A DNA stretch of 55,152 nucleotides from an uncultured virus (IMG/VR IMGVR_UViG_3300046804_005083) (Duplodnaviria; Heunggongvirae; Uroviricota; Caudoviricetes), in the IMG/VR virus record IMGVR_UViG_3300046804_005083, positions 62,001 to 117,152 of that record; one strand, 5' to 3'. The translations under genes were made by a program, and so were the position numbers. Below, piece by piece: positions 1 to 9,526 of the stretch; the first letter of the stretch is position 1; every line of letters begins with the position of its first letter. The notes under the pieces were generated by a model, which worked only from the letters and a program-made list of their open reading frames with translations, was not told the DNA's origin and ran no database searches.

Positions 1-342
1 TGCTTGATCATAATTTCCATTATCGCGTTCATTTCCAGGAGGATATGTTGTGAAGGTCCAATTTCCATTCGGTTGTTGTACATATCCAGAGTGTTGAACA
101 TAAAATTTTCCAGTAGTGGGATCTCTTCCAGCATATTGACTTCCACTTACTTGAGATGTTGTTTGCTGAGAAACTGGTGCATTTGGGTTATTAATTATTG
201 TATATGTTTTGTTAGCAACTCTTTGTGCTTCAGTTTCATTCGTTTCATAGTATATAAAAACTGTTTTTCCGTCCTCACTAGGTACTGATTTCCAGGGTAA
301 TTTCCTTCCTCCGTGCATAAAGGTTTGTTCTTTTAATGTCAT
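1..342 (-). CDS. N-terminal part of a tail/baseplate protein, by synteny probably baseplate tail-tube cap (gp48-like); runs off the window
   Basis: Not in ORF track; translated by hand MTLKEQTFMHGGRKLPWKSVPSEDGKTVFIYYE...NGNYDQA, open to base 1; GGAGG SD upstream; follows gp4-gp2 on minus strand. Confidence 0.55.
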   Translation of the reverse strand, partial: MTLKEQTFMHGGRKLPWKSVPSEDGKTVFIYYETNETEAQRVANKTYTIINNPNAPVSQQTTSQVSGSQYAGRDPTTGKFYVQHSGYVQQPNGNWTFTTYPPGNERDNGNYDQA

Positions 343-401
343 CAAATCACCTCCCAACCAAGAGGATTAACAATCTCAATTTTTTGTAGAGTATGAGACA
401 T
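342..401 (-). CDS. 19-aa leader ORF MSHTLQKIEIVNPLGWEVI
   Basis: ATG just downstream of late promoter; TGA overlaps next ATG (TGATG). Confidence 0.4.
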   Translation of the reverse strand: MSHTLQKIEIVNPLGWEVI

Positions 402-416
402 TGATGAGAGTGGTTT

Positions 417-809
417 TTATTTATTTAGACGGAATTTTTCATAAGGTATTGAAAGAAGTTCATCTAATTCATTATACTTGACACTATAAAGTTTTCCGGC
501 AACTTCTGCCCAAGTATAATTCCTATATTTTCTCCAATGAAAATTTAAACCTCTAAATCCCCAATTAAACAATTTTGTACAAACAATTAAAGGGTGTTGA
601 TCGTATTCAATATCGGGAGTTTTTGGATTATATACAAAAGTATAAAACTTATCTTGTTCGGGAAGTATGGAATCTTCTTTGAAGATTTCCATAATTAACA
701 ACATTAAATCTTCAGCATCAGTTACTTTTTCTTTGGCAATTCTTTTTTTTAATTCTCTAACTCTTGGAGTTGTTGATTTTTCTATGTACTGACCGAAACC
801 TTCTGCCAT
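417..809 (-). CDS. gp2: DNA end protector protein, T4 gp2-like
   Basis: YTFVYNPKTPDIEYDQHPL...GFRGLNFHW motif; adjacent to gp4. Confidence 0.7.
   Translation of the reverse strand: MAEGFGQYIEKSTTPRVRELKKRIAKEKVTDAEDLMLLIMEIFKEDSILPEQDKFYTFVYNPKTPDIEYDQHPLIVCTKLFNWGFRGLNFHWRKYRNYTWAEVAGKLYSVKYNELDELLSIPYEKFRLNK
418..425 (-). promoter_or_regulatory. T4-type late promoter (AATAAATA)
   Basis: NATAAATA on minus strand at end of gp2 gene. Confidence 0.55.
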
Positions 810-1252
810 TATTTGATACCTAAGTGATCTTCTGTAACCAGCATAAATTCTATCATTCTATCTTTACAAAATTCTTCTGCTGCTTTCCACTTTGCTTGAT
901 TGACTGCATAAGTTCTGCATTCGTGCAGATAAGATTTAGTCACTCTTGATTTTTGTTTTGGTGGAACTGTTTGCTTCTTTGGTTTCACTTCAACAACATA
1001 AGTTTTAATTTGTCCTGATTGTTCTTTGACTTTAATAAGATAATCAGGAAAATATCTATGAACTCTATTATCTATAGGTGACACATAAGGAACACAAAAT
1101 TCCTCTGAAGCCCAGGAAACTATACTTGGATTATGGTCGCACCAATAACAAAATTTTCTTTCCCAACTACTTCTACAAATAATATTATTATAGTCTCCTT
1201 TGTACTTGTTAGGATGAGAAGGTTTGTAGATGCTCTTGAGACTTTCTGCCAT
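809..1252 (-). CDS. gp4: Head completion nuclease, T4 gp4-like (TnsA-like PD-(D/E)xK)
   Basis: KYKGD..NIICRSSWE, HRYFPD, VEVKPKKQT, NQAKWKAA motifs. Confidence 0.92.
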   Translation of the reverse strand: MAESLKSIYKPSHPNKYKGDYNNIICRSSWERKFCYWCDHNPSIVSWASEEFCVPYVSPIDNRVHRYFPDYLIKVKEQSGQIKTYVVEVKPKKQTVPPKQKSRVTKSYLHECRTYAVNQAKWKAAEEFCKDRMIEFMLVTEDHLGIK

Positions 1253-1282
1253 TATCCTGTCTACATAATATATTAGTAAAAG

Positions 1283-1290
1283 TATTTATA
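1283..1290 (-). promoter_or_regulatory. T4-type late promoter (TATAAATA) for gp4 operon
   Basis: TATTTATA on + strand about 30 nt upstream of gp4 start. Confidence 0.7.
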
Positions 1291-1291
1291 G

Positions 1292-2095
1292 ATGGCTGGT
1301 CCCTCTACAAGAACATATTCTGTAGCAGACTTAAAAGCAAGGTTAATGAGACCTGCTTTAACTTCTCATTATGTGTGCAGATTTCAACCTCCTCAAGATG
1401 TTGTAGAATGGATGGCAGCAAGATCTGATGCAGGTGCTTCTGGAGAAAACTATAATGATACTTTTATTCAAGAATTGATTGAAATTTCTTGTTCTGAAGC
1501 ATCTTTGCCAGGATCATCACTGACTACAAACGATGTGAATGATGATTATACTGGTGTAACCCAAAAGTTTGCGTATAGAAGATTATATGATTCTACTGCA
1601 GACTTTACTTTTTATGTTGATAATAATTACACGACTCTTAGTTTTTTTGAAGGTTGGTTGTCTTATATTGTAAGAGAAGACATAACCAGTGGAGTTCAAA
1701 ATGAAAATTATTTTTATCGTGTAAGATTTCCAGAATCTTATAGAACACCTTATTTGTATATTACCAAATTTGAAAAAGATCATAACAGTCTTGAATCTGG
1801 ACCATATTTGAATTATCAATTTATTGGAGCATATCCAATAAGCATTTCTTCAATGCCAGTAAATTATGATCAATCTCAATTATTAAAGTGTACTGTTTCT
1901 TTTACTTATGATAGATATGTACTTACTAAAACTCCGTTAAGTCCACTTCAAAGAGGATTTATTCAAGATAGACTTGTTCGTGAAGATAATGCAAGAGGAG
2001 CAGCTGCAGCAGCTGCTGGACGTGGATTGGAAGAATTAAATAGAGCAAACGAAGAAGCATATTATAGAGCAAATCCTGATCAAAGACCTAAATAA
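1292..2095 (+). CDS. Tail tube family protein (gp19/gp54-like baseplate tail-tube initiator)
   Basis: CSEASLPG, YRRLYD, FTFYVD, AYPISISSMPVNY, CTVSFTYDRY; divergent from gp4. Confidence 0.8.
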   Translation: MAGPSTRTYSVADLKARLMRPALTSHYVCRFQPPQDVVEWMAARSDAGASGENYNDTFIQELIEISCSEASLPGSSLTTNDVNDDYTGVTQKFAYRRLYDSTADFTFYVDNNYTTLSFFEGWLSYIVREDITSGVQNENYFYRVRFPESYRTPYLYITKFEKDHNSLESGPYLNYQFIGAYPISISSMPVNYDQSQLLKCTVSFTYDRYVLTKTPLSPLQRGFIQDRLVREDNARGAAAAAAGRGLEELNRANEEAYYRANPDQRPK

Positions 2096-2122
2096 TCACA
2101 CCTGAAAATTCTATAGGACATC

Positions 2123-2842
2123 ATGCCATTACCTAAGATTTCTACACCAACTTATGAACTTGAGTTGCCTTCATCTGGACAAACAATCAAGTACAGACCA
2201 TTTCTAGTAAGAGAAGAAAAACTTCTGGTTCTTGCTATGGAATCGGAAGACACAAAAGAAATTACAACAGCAATTAAGGCAGTAATTAAAAATTGTATTG
2301 AAACGAAAGGAATTAAAGTAGAGACTCTTCCTACTTTTGATATTGAATATATCTTTTTAAATATTCGTGCAAAGTCAGTTGGAGAAGATATTGAAGTTAA
2401 TATTCTCTGCCCTGATGACGAGGAAACTTCTGTTCCTGTAAAAATTAGTGTTGATGATATTAAAGTTCAAAAGAACGAAGAACACAATAAGCAGATTAAA
2501 GTAGATGACAATATTATGATGGAAATGAAATATCCATCACTTGAGCAATTTATTAAAAATAATTTTGACATCTCAAATCAAAGTAATGTTGAGCAATCTT
2601 TTGATTTAATTGCTTCTTGTATTGATAAAATTTATACTGAAGATGAAGTTTGGTCAGCATCTGATGTGACTAAAAAGGAACTTAATGAATTTCTTGATCA
2701 AATGAACTCTGTTCAATTTAAACAGATTGAAAAGTTCTTTGAAACTATGCCCAAACTATCTCATAAAATTTCAGTTACTAATCCAAATACTGGAGTTGAA
2801 AGTGAAGTTGTTCTAGAGGGTCTTTCCAGTTTTTTCGCCTAG
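2123..2842 (+). CDS. gp26: Baseplate hub assembly protein gp26-like
   Basis: MPLPKISTPTYELELPS, YRPFLVREEK, FDIEYIFLNIRAKSVGE, FFETMPKL, LEGLSSFF. Confidence 0.92.
   Translation: MPLPKISTPTYELELPSSGQTIKYRPFLVREEKLLVLAMESEDTKEITTAIKAVIKNCIETKGIKVETLPTFDIEYIFLNIRAKSVGEDIEVNILCPDDEETSVPVKISVDDIKVQKNEEHNKQIKVDDNIMMEMKYPSLEQFIKNNFDISNQSNVEQSFDLIASCIDKIYTEDEVWSASDVTKKELNEFLDQMNSVQFKQIEKFFETMPKLSHKISVTNPNTGVESEVVLEGLSSFFA
2830..2836 (+). promoter_or_regulatory. Candidate -1 ribosomal frameshift heptamer T TTT TTC
   Basis: X XXY YYZ in gp26 frame; -1 frame reads TTT TTT CGC CTA GGA ATG into gp51. Confidence 0.55.
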
Positions 2843-2844
2843 GA

Positions 2845-3021
2845 ATGTCCCATATGAACTTGGAGAATTACTTCAAGTTAAACTTTGCCTTGATGCAGTA
2901 TCATAAATATTCATTAACAGAGATTGAAAATATGATGCCTTGGGAAAGGGACATCTATGTGATTTTACTTCAACAGCATCTGGAAGAAGAAGAACAAAGA
3001 TTAAAACAAGCAAATGGATGA
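2845..3021 (+). CDS. gp51: Baseplate hub assembly catalyst gp51-like (58 aa)
   Basis: Missing from ORF track; MSHMNLENYFKLNFALMQYHKYSLTEIENMMPWERDIYVILLQQHLEEEEQRLKQANG. Confidence 0.88.
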   Translation: MSHMNLENYFKLNFALMQYHKYSLTEIENMMPWERDIYVILLQQHLEEEEQRLKQANG

Positions 3022-5812
3022 TCAGGATTCTAATAATCAAGTCATAACTATAGAACCTGAGATTTCTCAAATTCTTGGGTTACAGGATGACTTTGATTTA
3101 GATCCTGATGAATATTTGCAACTTGTAAGAGAGAAGTTAGTTCAATATGATTTTTTAAGTGGTTCTAATGAAATTACAGATGAGCAAAAAGAAGAACAAA
3201 GATTATTAGCAACTAAAGTTAGAGAAATACGAGGTCAAAAAAGAGAAGGTGTTGTAAAATATAATACAGGTAAAGTAGGAAAAAAGATAAATGTAGACTC
3301 TTTTTTTGGAAGAAAACCGGAAGAAGAACAGGATCAGAAAAAAATTACCGATCCGTCAAAACTTCTTCCTGGAACTGCTGCTAAAACAGGTGACATAATT
3401 AAATATAAATCCCAACAAGTTGAAGATTTAAAACAACCAGAAGAGAAAAAAGAAAATAAAGAAATTGCTACAATATTAAAAATATTAGATTCTATTTTAG
3501 ACACATTAAAAAATAATTTTAAGTTTGATCAGAAAAAAACGGAAGTAGATAGAAAAGACAAAGAAAAGAAGAAGAGGGAAGCAAGAGAATCTAATCTTGA
3601 AAAAGGATTTGGAATGGTTAAAGGTGCCATTCAAAAAATGCTGGCACCATTTCAAAATATTCTTGATGCGATTTGGAGATATATTTTCTTTACTTTCTTA
3701 GGTAAAATGTTTACCGATTTGATGAATTGGTTGAAAGATCCTAAGAATAAAAAGAAAATAGAAGTTATTGGTAGATTCTTAAAGGACTGGTGGCCTTTAT
3801 TATTGGGTGCTTATCTTTTATTTGCATCTCCTCTTGGGTTGTTTATCAAAGGTGCAATCAAATTAATTGGAGGTTTAACTTCTCAGATTCTTAAACTTCT
3901 TCCAAGATTATTAAAACTTTCTGGAAGTTTGCTAAGAGGTGCTGCGTCTGCGGCAAGAGCTGCTGCACCACTTTTAACAAGTCCAGAAGTTGTGATTCCA
4001 GCAACGGTTTTGGGCGCTGGTGTTGTAATAAATGAACTAACAGGACAAAGAAAAGCAGCACCAGTACAAGCAGAAAATAAGGCAAGAGCACAAACAGGAA
4101 AAGGTTTAGGTGTTCAGGGTGTTGATACTGCTGCAGAATCAAAAGCAGCAAAAGCACCAACTCCAGGAAGTATGGGTCCAACAACACCTTATGGACTTTT
4201 GCAAGGTGTAAAACTTGGTGGAATTGTTCGTAGTCCTCGTAACATACGCAGATATACAAATGGAGCAGAAGTTGTTGAAGATGGATATAGTGGAGTAGAT
4301 TCTGATACCGGAATTTCAATTACTGGTGCAGGTAAAGATACACAATTGATTGCAGCAAGACCAGGAGAAGTTGTATTAACTCCAGAGGATGCTGGACACA
4401 TTCAACAAAAAACAGGATTTGATGTTTATAAATTTGTAGGAAACAGAAAACCTGGATATACTAATTTTAATAAAATTAAAACATCTGGTGGAATTTCTCT
4501 TGCAAATAAAGGAGGAATTTTAGGATTTGCTGATGGTGGTATTGTTGGAGGAAATACACCTCAACAATCAGAAAATCCAAAAATAAATTTACCCGATTAT
4601 TACTCTTTATTAGCAATATCCGCATTAGAAGATGATAAACCTCAAGGTAGAGCAGACGTTGCACAATCAATTTACAATAGATTGCTTGCAGCAAATAGGT
4701 ATGGTGTTAATTTCTATCAAAGAACTAATAGTTTGAAAGATTTAATTACTGCCGGAGGAGGAAAAAAAGATGGAGGTCAATATGAACCAACTTTTTCAAA
4801 TAAGGGCGATTGGTTAAATATCAAGGATAAAAATAGTGCAGTGATTGCAATTATGAACTCCAAAAAAGGTAGAGATCATAAGTGGACTTTTAAAGATGCT
4901 ATGGATCAGTTGAATGCTACAGAATCTGCTCTTAGAAATCCATCTTTACAATCATCTGCCCAAAAACATGTTGGTGGAAGAGCATATTTCTTAGGAACTT
5001 CTGAACAAAAAAATATGAAACCTGGTTCTGGTGATGTTTTAAGAGGAAAAGAATATAATTATTTTTCTCCTTGGTTTTTGGAAGGAAAACCATACGATAA
5101 AGAAAGAAGAAATATTGCTTCTCCAATTCCTCAAATGCTATTACCTAAACCCGAATCAACATCAGGAACGGAATCTTCAAATATTTCTCAAGATAAAAAT
5201 AAACAAAATCCAATTCAAAATTTTGCTTCCAATATTTTTAACTTATTTTCGTCACCACCATCAGGATTTGCAAAACCTACAAAGACTAAACCTTCATCAA
5301 AACCACCAAAGAGATGGGCAATTGATCCTCGTGGATGGTTTGGTATGCAAGGTGGAGGTTCTATTATGCCAATAACAACTAAAATTGGAATACCTACATC
5401 TAAAATGAATATTGAAGCAGGTGCTGATACACAATATCTTCCTCAATACAACGTTGCAGTTCAACCTGGAGAGCAATTATTTAAATATGTAATTCCAAAA
5501 GATGCTGCCGAAAAGGGTGCAGGAAATCAATTATTATATGCTGCAAATAAGATTATTGGAGATAAAGATTCAAATTCAAACGCAGCAAAGATTGGAATAA
5601 GAAATAAATCCATAGGAATAAAACCATATTCATCTGGAGGATTAAATAGTAGTAATATTACTATGCTTCCTCCTATTAAAAATTCTTCAATGAGTGGACA
5701 AGGAGTAAAAGGATCCATAAGTGGTTCTCAACATTATTCCTTTAGTCCTGTTCTAGATTCTGCTTTTGATGTTAGAAAAATGAATTGCGATATCTACGAA
5801 ATCGTTGATTAA
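3014..5812 (+). CDS. Large virion protein, tape-measure-like, with SleB/Hydrolase_2-like lytic domain
   Basis: Charged coiled coil, hydrophobic helices, LLAISALEDDKPQGRADVAQSIYNR...GQYEP; directly after gp26/gp51. Confidence 0.6.
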   Translation: MDDQDSNNQVITIEPEISQILGLQDDFDLDPDEYLQLVREKLVQYDFLSGSNEITDEQKEEQRLLATKVREIRGQKREGVVKYNTGKVGKKINVDSFFGRKPEEEQDQKKITDPSKLLPGTAAKTGDIIKYKSQQVEDLKQPEEKKENKEIATILKILDSILDTLKNNFKFDQKKTEVDRKDKEKKKREARESNLEKGFGMVKGAIQKMLAPFQNILDAIWRYIFFTFLGKMFTDLMNWLKDPKNKKKIEVIGRFLKDWWPLLLGAYLLFASPLGLFIKGAIKLIGGLTSQILKLLPRLLKLSGSLLRGAASAARAAAPLLTSPEVVIPATVLGAGVVINELTGQRKAAPVQAENKARAQTGKGLGVQGVDTAAESKAAKAPTPGSMGPTTPYGLLQGVKLGGIVRSPRNIRRYTNGAEVVEDGYSGVDSDTGISITGAGKDTQLIAARPGEVVLTPEDAGHIQQKTGFDVYKFVGNRKPGYTNFNKIKTSGGISLANKGGILGFADGGIVGGNTPQQSENPKINLPDYYSLLAISALEDDKPQGRADVAQSIYNRLLAANRYGVNFYQRTNSLKDLITAGGGKKDGGQYEPTFSNKGDWLNIKDKNSAVIAIMNSKKGRDHKWTFKDAMDQLNATESALRNPSLQSSAQKHVGGRAYFLGTSEQKNMKPGSGDVLRGKEYNYFSPWFLEGKPYDKERRNIASPIPQMLLPKPESTSGTESSNISQDKNKQNPIQNFASNIFNLFSSPPSGFAKPTKTKPSSKPPKRWAIDPRGWFGMQGGGSIMPITTKIGIPTSKMNIEAGADTQYLPQYNVAVQPGEQLFKYVIPKDAAEKGAGNQLLYAANKIIGDKDSNSNAAKIGIRNKSIGIKPYSSGGLNSSNITMLPPIKNSSMSGQGVKGSISGSQHYSFSPVLDSAFDVRKMNCDIYEIVD

Positions 5813-5814
5813 AG

Positions 5815-8800
5815 ATGGCAATAAACACTCAAAATTTTTTACCTTTAGCAAAATCTTCCACAGCAATTGTAAAACATGCTGGATCTCAAATTTCTACTGA
5901 AAAGAAAGATAAAGGTGGAGCAATAATTAAGCAGAAAAAAATAGATATACAACGGTTTAGACCACCAGAAAAGCAAGAAGAAGAAAAGAAAGAAGAATCT
6001 TATGGTGCTATTGTAAAAAGTTTAATTACAATTGATAAATTCTTAAAGACAAATTCTTCATCAGAAAAGAAAACTTTTGAAAAAGATAGATTAGAAAAAG
6101 AAAAAGAAGAATCGCAAAAAAAAGAAAAGAAATTAGAAAGTAAAGAAAGGGGAAAAGGTAAAGGAATTAATTTACCTTCAATATCATTACCCAAATTTGA
6201 TTTCTTAGATGCTGTAAAACGATATTTTCTTTTTACATTTCTTGGTTGGTTATTTACTAATACTCAAAAATTTCTTCCTCAGTTAACTAAAATTTTAGAC
6301 ATTATTAAACCTGTAGTAAATGCTGCCGAATTTATATTCAAAGGTTTATTAAATGGTTTTGTTACTTTTATTGAACTTGGATATAATGCATATGATAAGG
6401 TAAGAGATACTGTAAAGAATCTTGGTGGAGAAGGGGCTCAAAAAGTATTTGATGACCTTTCTAAAAATCTCAATACATTAATTACAACAACGATTTTAGT
6501 TGCTGGTGCTATTGCTACTCTTGGAGAAAAAAGTAAACCTAGTGGACCAAAAGGTGGAGTTCCTGGAAGTCCAAGAGGTGGTGTTCCAAGAGGTGGTCCA
6601 AGAAGATCTCCAATTACTGGCAGACCAGTCCCAACTACAAGTGGTGGAAGAACTGCTGGTAGACCAGATATTAGAAATCCACTTAGAGAAAGACCAAGAA
6701 TAACTGGAAGTGGTGGTGGTCGTGCAGGTCAAATTGATATTAGAAATCCTCTGAGACAAAGACCAGCAATAACTAGAAGTGGTGGAGAAGGAAGATTTGC
6801 AGGTAAAGGTTTAGGAAAGTTCTTGTCAAAAGGTGCTCCAATCATAGGACCACTAATTGATTTTTCAATTAGGACATTAATTTTTGGAGAATCTCCTGGT
6901 CGTGCTGCAGCTGGTGCTATAGGTGCTGGAGTAGGACAAGCATTGGGTGGTGTTTTAGTTGGAACAATTGGAGGAATCGTTGGAAGTGTAATTCCAATTG
7001 CTGGTACTCTTTTGGGAGGATCTGCAGGTGCTTTTGTCGGACAATTGATTGGTGGATTTGTTGGAGATTGGATAGGAACTTCTTTATATGATGCAGTGGC
7101 ATCAATGAAAGATAAGAAAAAAATTGAGAAAAAAGAGACTGGTGGAAAAGTATCACCAAAAACAAGAGTTAAAGGAAAGAAAAACTCTAAAAGATCAATT
7201 AAAGTTGCTTCAAAGAGACATCCAAAAATAACACCACAAGTATCTCAACCTGGTAAAGATGTTGGTGGAGAGAAAAATATTAAGGTATTGTATCCAGATC
7301 CAGACAAAAAAATGTCTTTGGATGAATTTCTTATAAGTGAAATGGGTCAGGGTTCATATTCATATAGTCAATATGAAAATGACTTTAAGAAAAGAACAAA
7401 AAAACCAAATCCATTTAAAGCACTCACAGCAACTGCAAAAATATTAAAAGAAATTCCATTATTTGGTGGCACGATTGGTTCAATAATGGGGGCAGGTGTT
7501 GATATTGCATTGGGACAGAAACCTGACAAAAAAGTATATCAGTCAATTGCATCAGGAATTGGTTTTCTTGTTGACACTCTATCAGATCAAAGAGTTAATA
7601 AAAGTATGGGTTCTTTGATGTCTCAAATTAGAGGATTTGCTGAAGGTGGAACAGTTCCTACAAGAGAATTAAAATTAGGAGATGATACTACAAATACTAC
7701 TAAATTACTTACAAAAATTATTGAACCTGCAATAAGTCAAAAAGTAAATCAGGCATTTCAAAGTATTCAAAAAGAATTGCAATTAAAAGGTAAAAAAGAA
7801 CCTGGTCAACCTGGTGGAGGTCAACCTGGTGGAGGTGGACCTGGTGGTGGAGGAGGACCTTCAGTAGAATCTATTGATATGAATGGATTAAGTAAAGAAG
7901 ATGTTGATGCATTAGGTAGAATGGTTCAAGCAGAAGCAGGTAATCAATCTGCCGCAGGAAAGGCATCCGTAATGAACGTTATACTTAACAGATATCGTTT
8001 AGCAAAAGCAGGTAAAGGATATCTTCCCTCAGGTAAAACTAAAGATACCGTAACAATAAGAGATATTCTTTATGATCCAAATCAATTTTCTCCTATTGAT
8101 GATGGCAGATTTGATAGAACTTCATCGGCTGCCGGCAGAAGTGCATTAGCACAAGCAATTTCTGCTGGTGGAAATGATCCAGAAAAACTTAAAAAAGTTT
8201 TAATGGAAAAATATAATTTGAATGAGCAAGATGCAAATTATGTTATAGTTTCAACTGTTTTTTCCAATCCAGAAGCTAGAGGTTCTAGACCTTTTAATAC
8301 TAGAGAAGTTACCGTAGGTGATCACACTTTCCAAGAATCTCCTGATGCAAGATTAAGAGCTCCTGGTCAAAAAATTGATGCTACAGTTAAGGAAACTCCA
8401 TCACTAATAATTAAAGGTGGTCCAATTAAAGGTGGAGCAATAGTAACTCAAAGAGGAGATCCTGATAACGAACAAACTGGATCAGATATTGCAGTTGGTA
8501 ATTATCAAGTGGGAGATCAAATTCAAAATCCTTTCCAAAGTTTAAAAATCACTAAAATAGGTTTTCAGGGAAAGGGGTCTGGAGAATCTGGACAAGGATT
8601 TGGTAGATATGTAACAGGTGAAACAATTATTAATGGAAAGAGATATGAAATTTTATTGGGACACTTAAATAAAGCACTTGTAAAAGAAGGAGACATTTTA
8701 GAAGCAGGTGATGTTATTGGAACCCAAGGAATTTCTGGACATGCAACTGGTCCTCATGTTTCAACTCACATTAATGCTTTAGATGGTGGAGATCCATCAA

Positions 8801-9522
8801 AGGTATTATCATCTGTAGAAAATGTTTGGACAAGAGGTGGTGCGATTGAAACAAAGTCTATGGGAAGACCAACATCTCAATCACAACCACCAAAAGCACC
8901 ACCCGGACAAACTCCAGGTAGAACGGGCACAGAACTTGCCGAAGAAATGGAACTACTTCAAAAACCAGTAGTAGAATCATTTAAAGTTGGAAGTGATACC
9001 TATACTCATAGGCAAGGCGGAGTATATACAAAAAATGGAAAGAGAATAAACAAAGATGAATTTGATAAATCTAAAGGATCTCAAGGACAAGGAAACTGGT
9101 GGTCAAATCTTTTTGGTCAAAACAAACCAACACCATCAGCAAAAGTAGAAGGAATAATAAATCATAATGGACAAACTTATTATAGACAAGGCGACAAATA
9201 CTTTAAAAAACCTGGACCAGGAGAAGACATCATACAAATACCTAAATCCATTTACGATACGGTTTTAAGAGCAGAAACAATACAAGCACGTGGTAATCTT
9301 CAAGGTGGTGGTTTGATAGGGAAACCAAAATCAAAATTACCAATACCAAATAAGTTTGCCTCTTATGAAAACTATGGTCAGCAATCAATGATTGCTATTC
9401 TTCCAATTCAAACAGAAGTTATGGTTCCTGTTCCTACAGATGGTGGAGGACCTATGATGTTCCCATCAGCAAATCTAAATACAAAAGATTCTCACAAAAT
9501 TCATAGTCTAAGTAGGGGATAA
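5815..9522 (+). CDS. Large virion protein, tape-measure-like, with SleB-type cell wall hydrolase and M23-like domains
   Basis: Glycine-zipper segment; ALGRMVQAEAG..VMNVILNR..NQFSP; LLGHL..VKEGD..GDVIGTQGISGHATGPH. Confidence 0.7.
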   Translation: MAINTQNFLPLAKSSTAIVKHAGSQISTEKKDKGGAIIKQKKIDIQRFRPPEKQEEEKKEESYGAIVKSLITIDKFLKTNSSSEKKTFEKDRLEKEKEESQKKEKKLESKERGKGKGINLPSISLPKFDFLDAVKRYFLFTFLGWLFTNTQKFLPQLTKILDIIKPVVNAAEFIFKGLLNGFVTFIELGYNAYDKVRDTVKNLGGEGAQKVFDDLSKNLNTLITTTILVAGAIATLGEKSKPSGPKGGVPGSPRGGVPRGGPRRSPITGRPVPTTSGGRTAGRPDIRNPLRERPRITGSGGGRAGQIDIRNPLRQRPAITRSGGEGRFAGKGLGKFLSKGAPIIGPLIDFSIRTLIFGESPGRAAAGAIGAGVGQALGGVLVGTIGGIVGSVIPIAGTLLGGSAGAFVGQLIGGFVGDWIGTSLYDAVASMKDKKKIEKKETGGKVSPKTRVKGKKNSKRSIKVASKRHPKITPQVSQPGKDVGGEKNIKVLYPDPDKKMSLDEFLISEMGQGSYSYSQYENDFKKRTKKPNPFKALTATAKILKEIPLFGGTIGSIMGAGVDIALGQKPDKKVYQSIASGIGFLVDTLSDQRVNKSMGSLMSQIRGFAEGGTVPTRELKLGDDTTNTTKLLTKIIEPAISQKVNQAFQSIQKELQLKGKKEPGQPGGGQPGGGGPGGGGGPSVESIDMNGLSKEDVDALGRMVQAEAGNQSAAGKASVMNVILNRYRLAKAGKGYLPSGKTKDTVTIRDILYDPNQFSPIDDGRFDRTSSAAGRSALAQAISAGGNDPEKLKKVLMEKYNLNEQDANYVIVSTVFSNPEARGSRPFNTREVTVGDHTFQESPDARLRAPGQKIDATVKETPSLIIKGGPIKGGAIVTQRGDPDNEQTGSDIAVGNYQVGDQIQNPFQSLKITKIGFQGKGSGESGQGFGRYVTGETIINGKRYEILLGHLNKALVKEGDILEAGDVIGTQGISGHATGPHVSTHINALDGGDPSKVLSSVENVWTRGGAIETKSMGRPTSQSQPPKAPPGQTPGRTGTELAEEMELLQKPVVESFKVGSDTYTHRQGGVYTKNGKRINKDEFDKSKGSQGQGNWWSNLFGQNKPTPSAKVEGIINHNGQTYYRQGDKYFKKPGPGEDIIQIPKSIYDTVLRAETIQARGNLQGGGLIGKPKSKLPIPNKFASYENYGQQSMIAILPIQTEVMVPVPTDGGGPMMFPSANLNTKDSHKIHSLSRG

Positions 9523-9526
9523 TTGA

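Noticed and set aside
4..288. Plus-strand 94-aa ORF
   Set aside because: Shadow of the minus-strand gene starting at 342, which has an SD and fits the operon.
2873..3070. Minus-strand ORF
   Set aside because: Antisense to recognisable gp51.
6655..6790. Duplicated DIRNPLR Arg-rich motif
   Set aside because: Real two-copy coding repeat in a low-complexity linker, but no functional claim can be supported.
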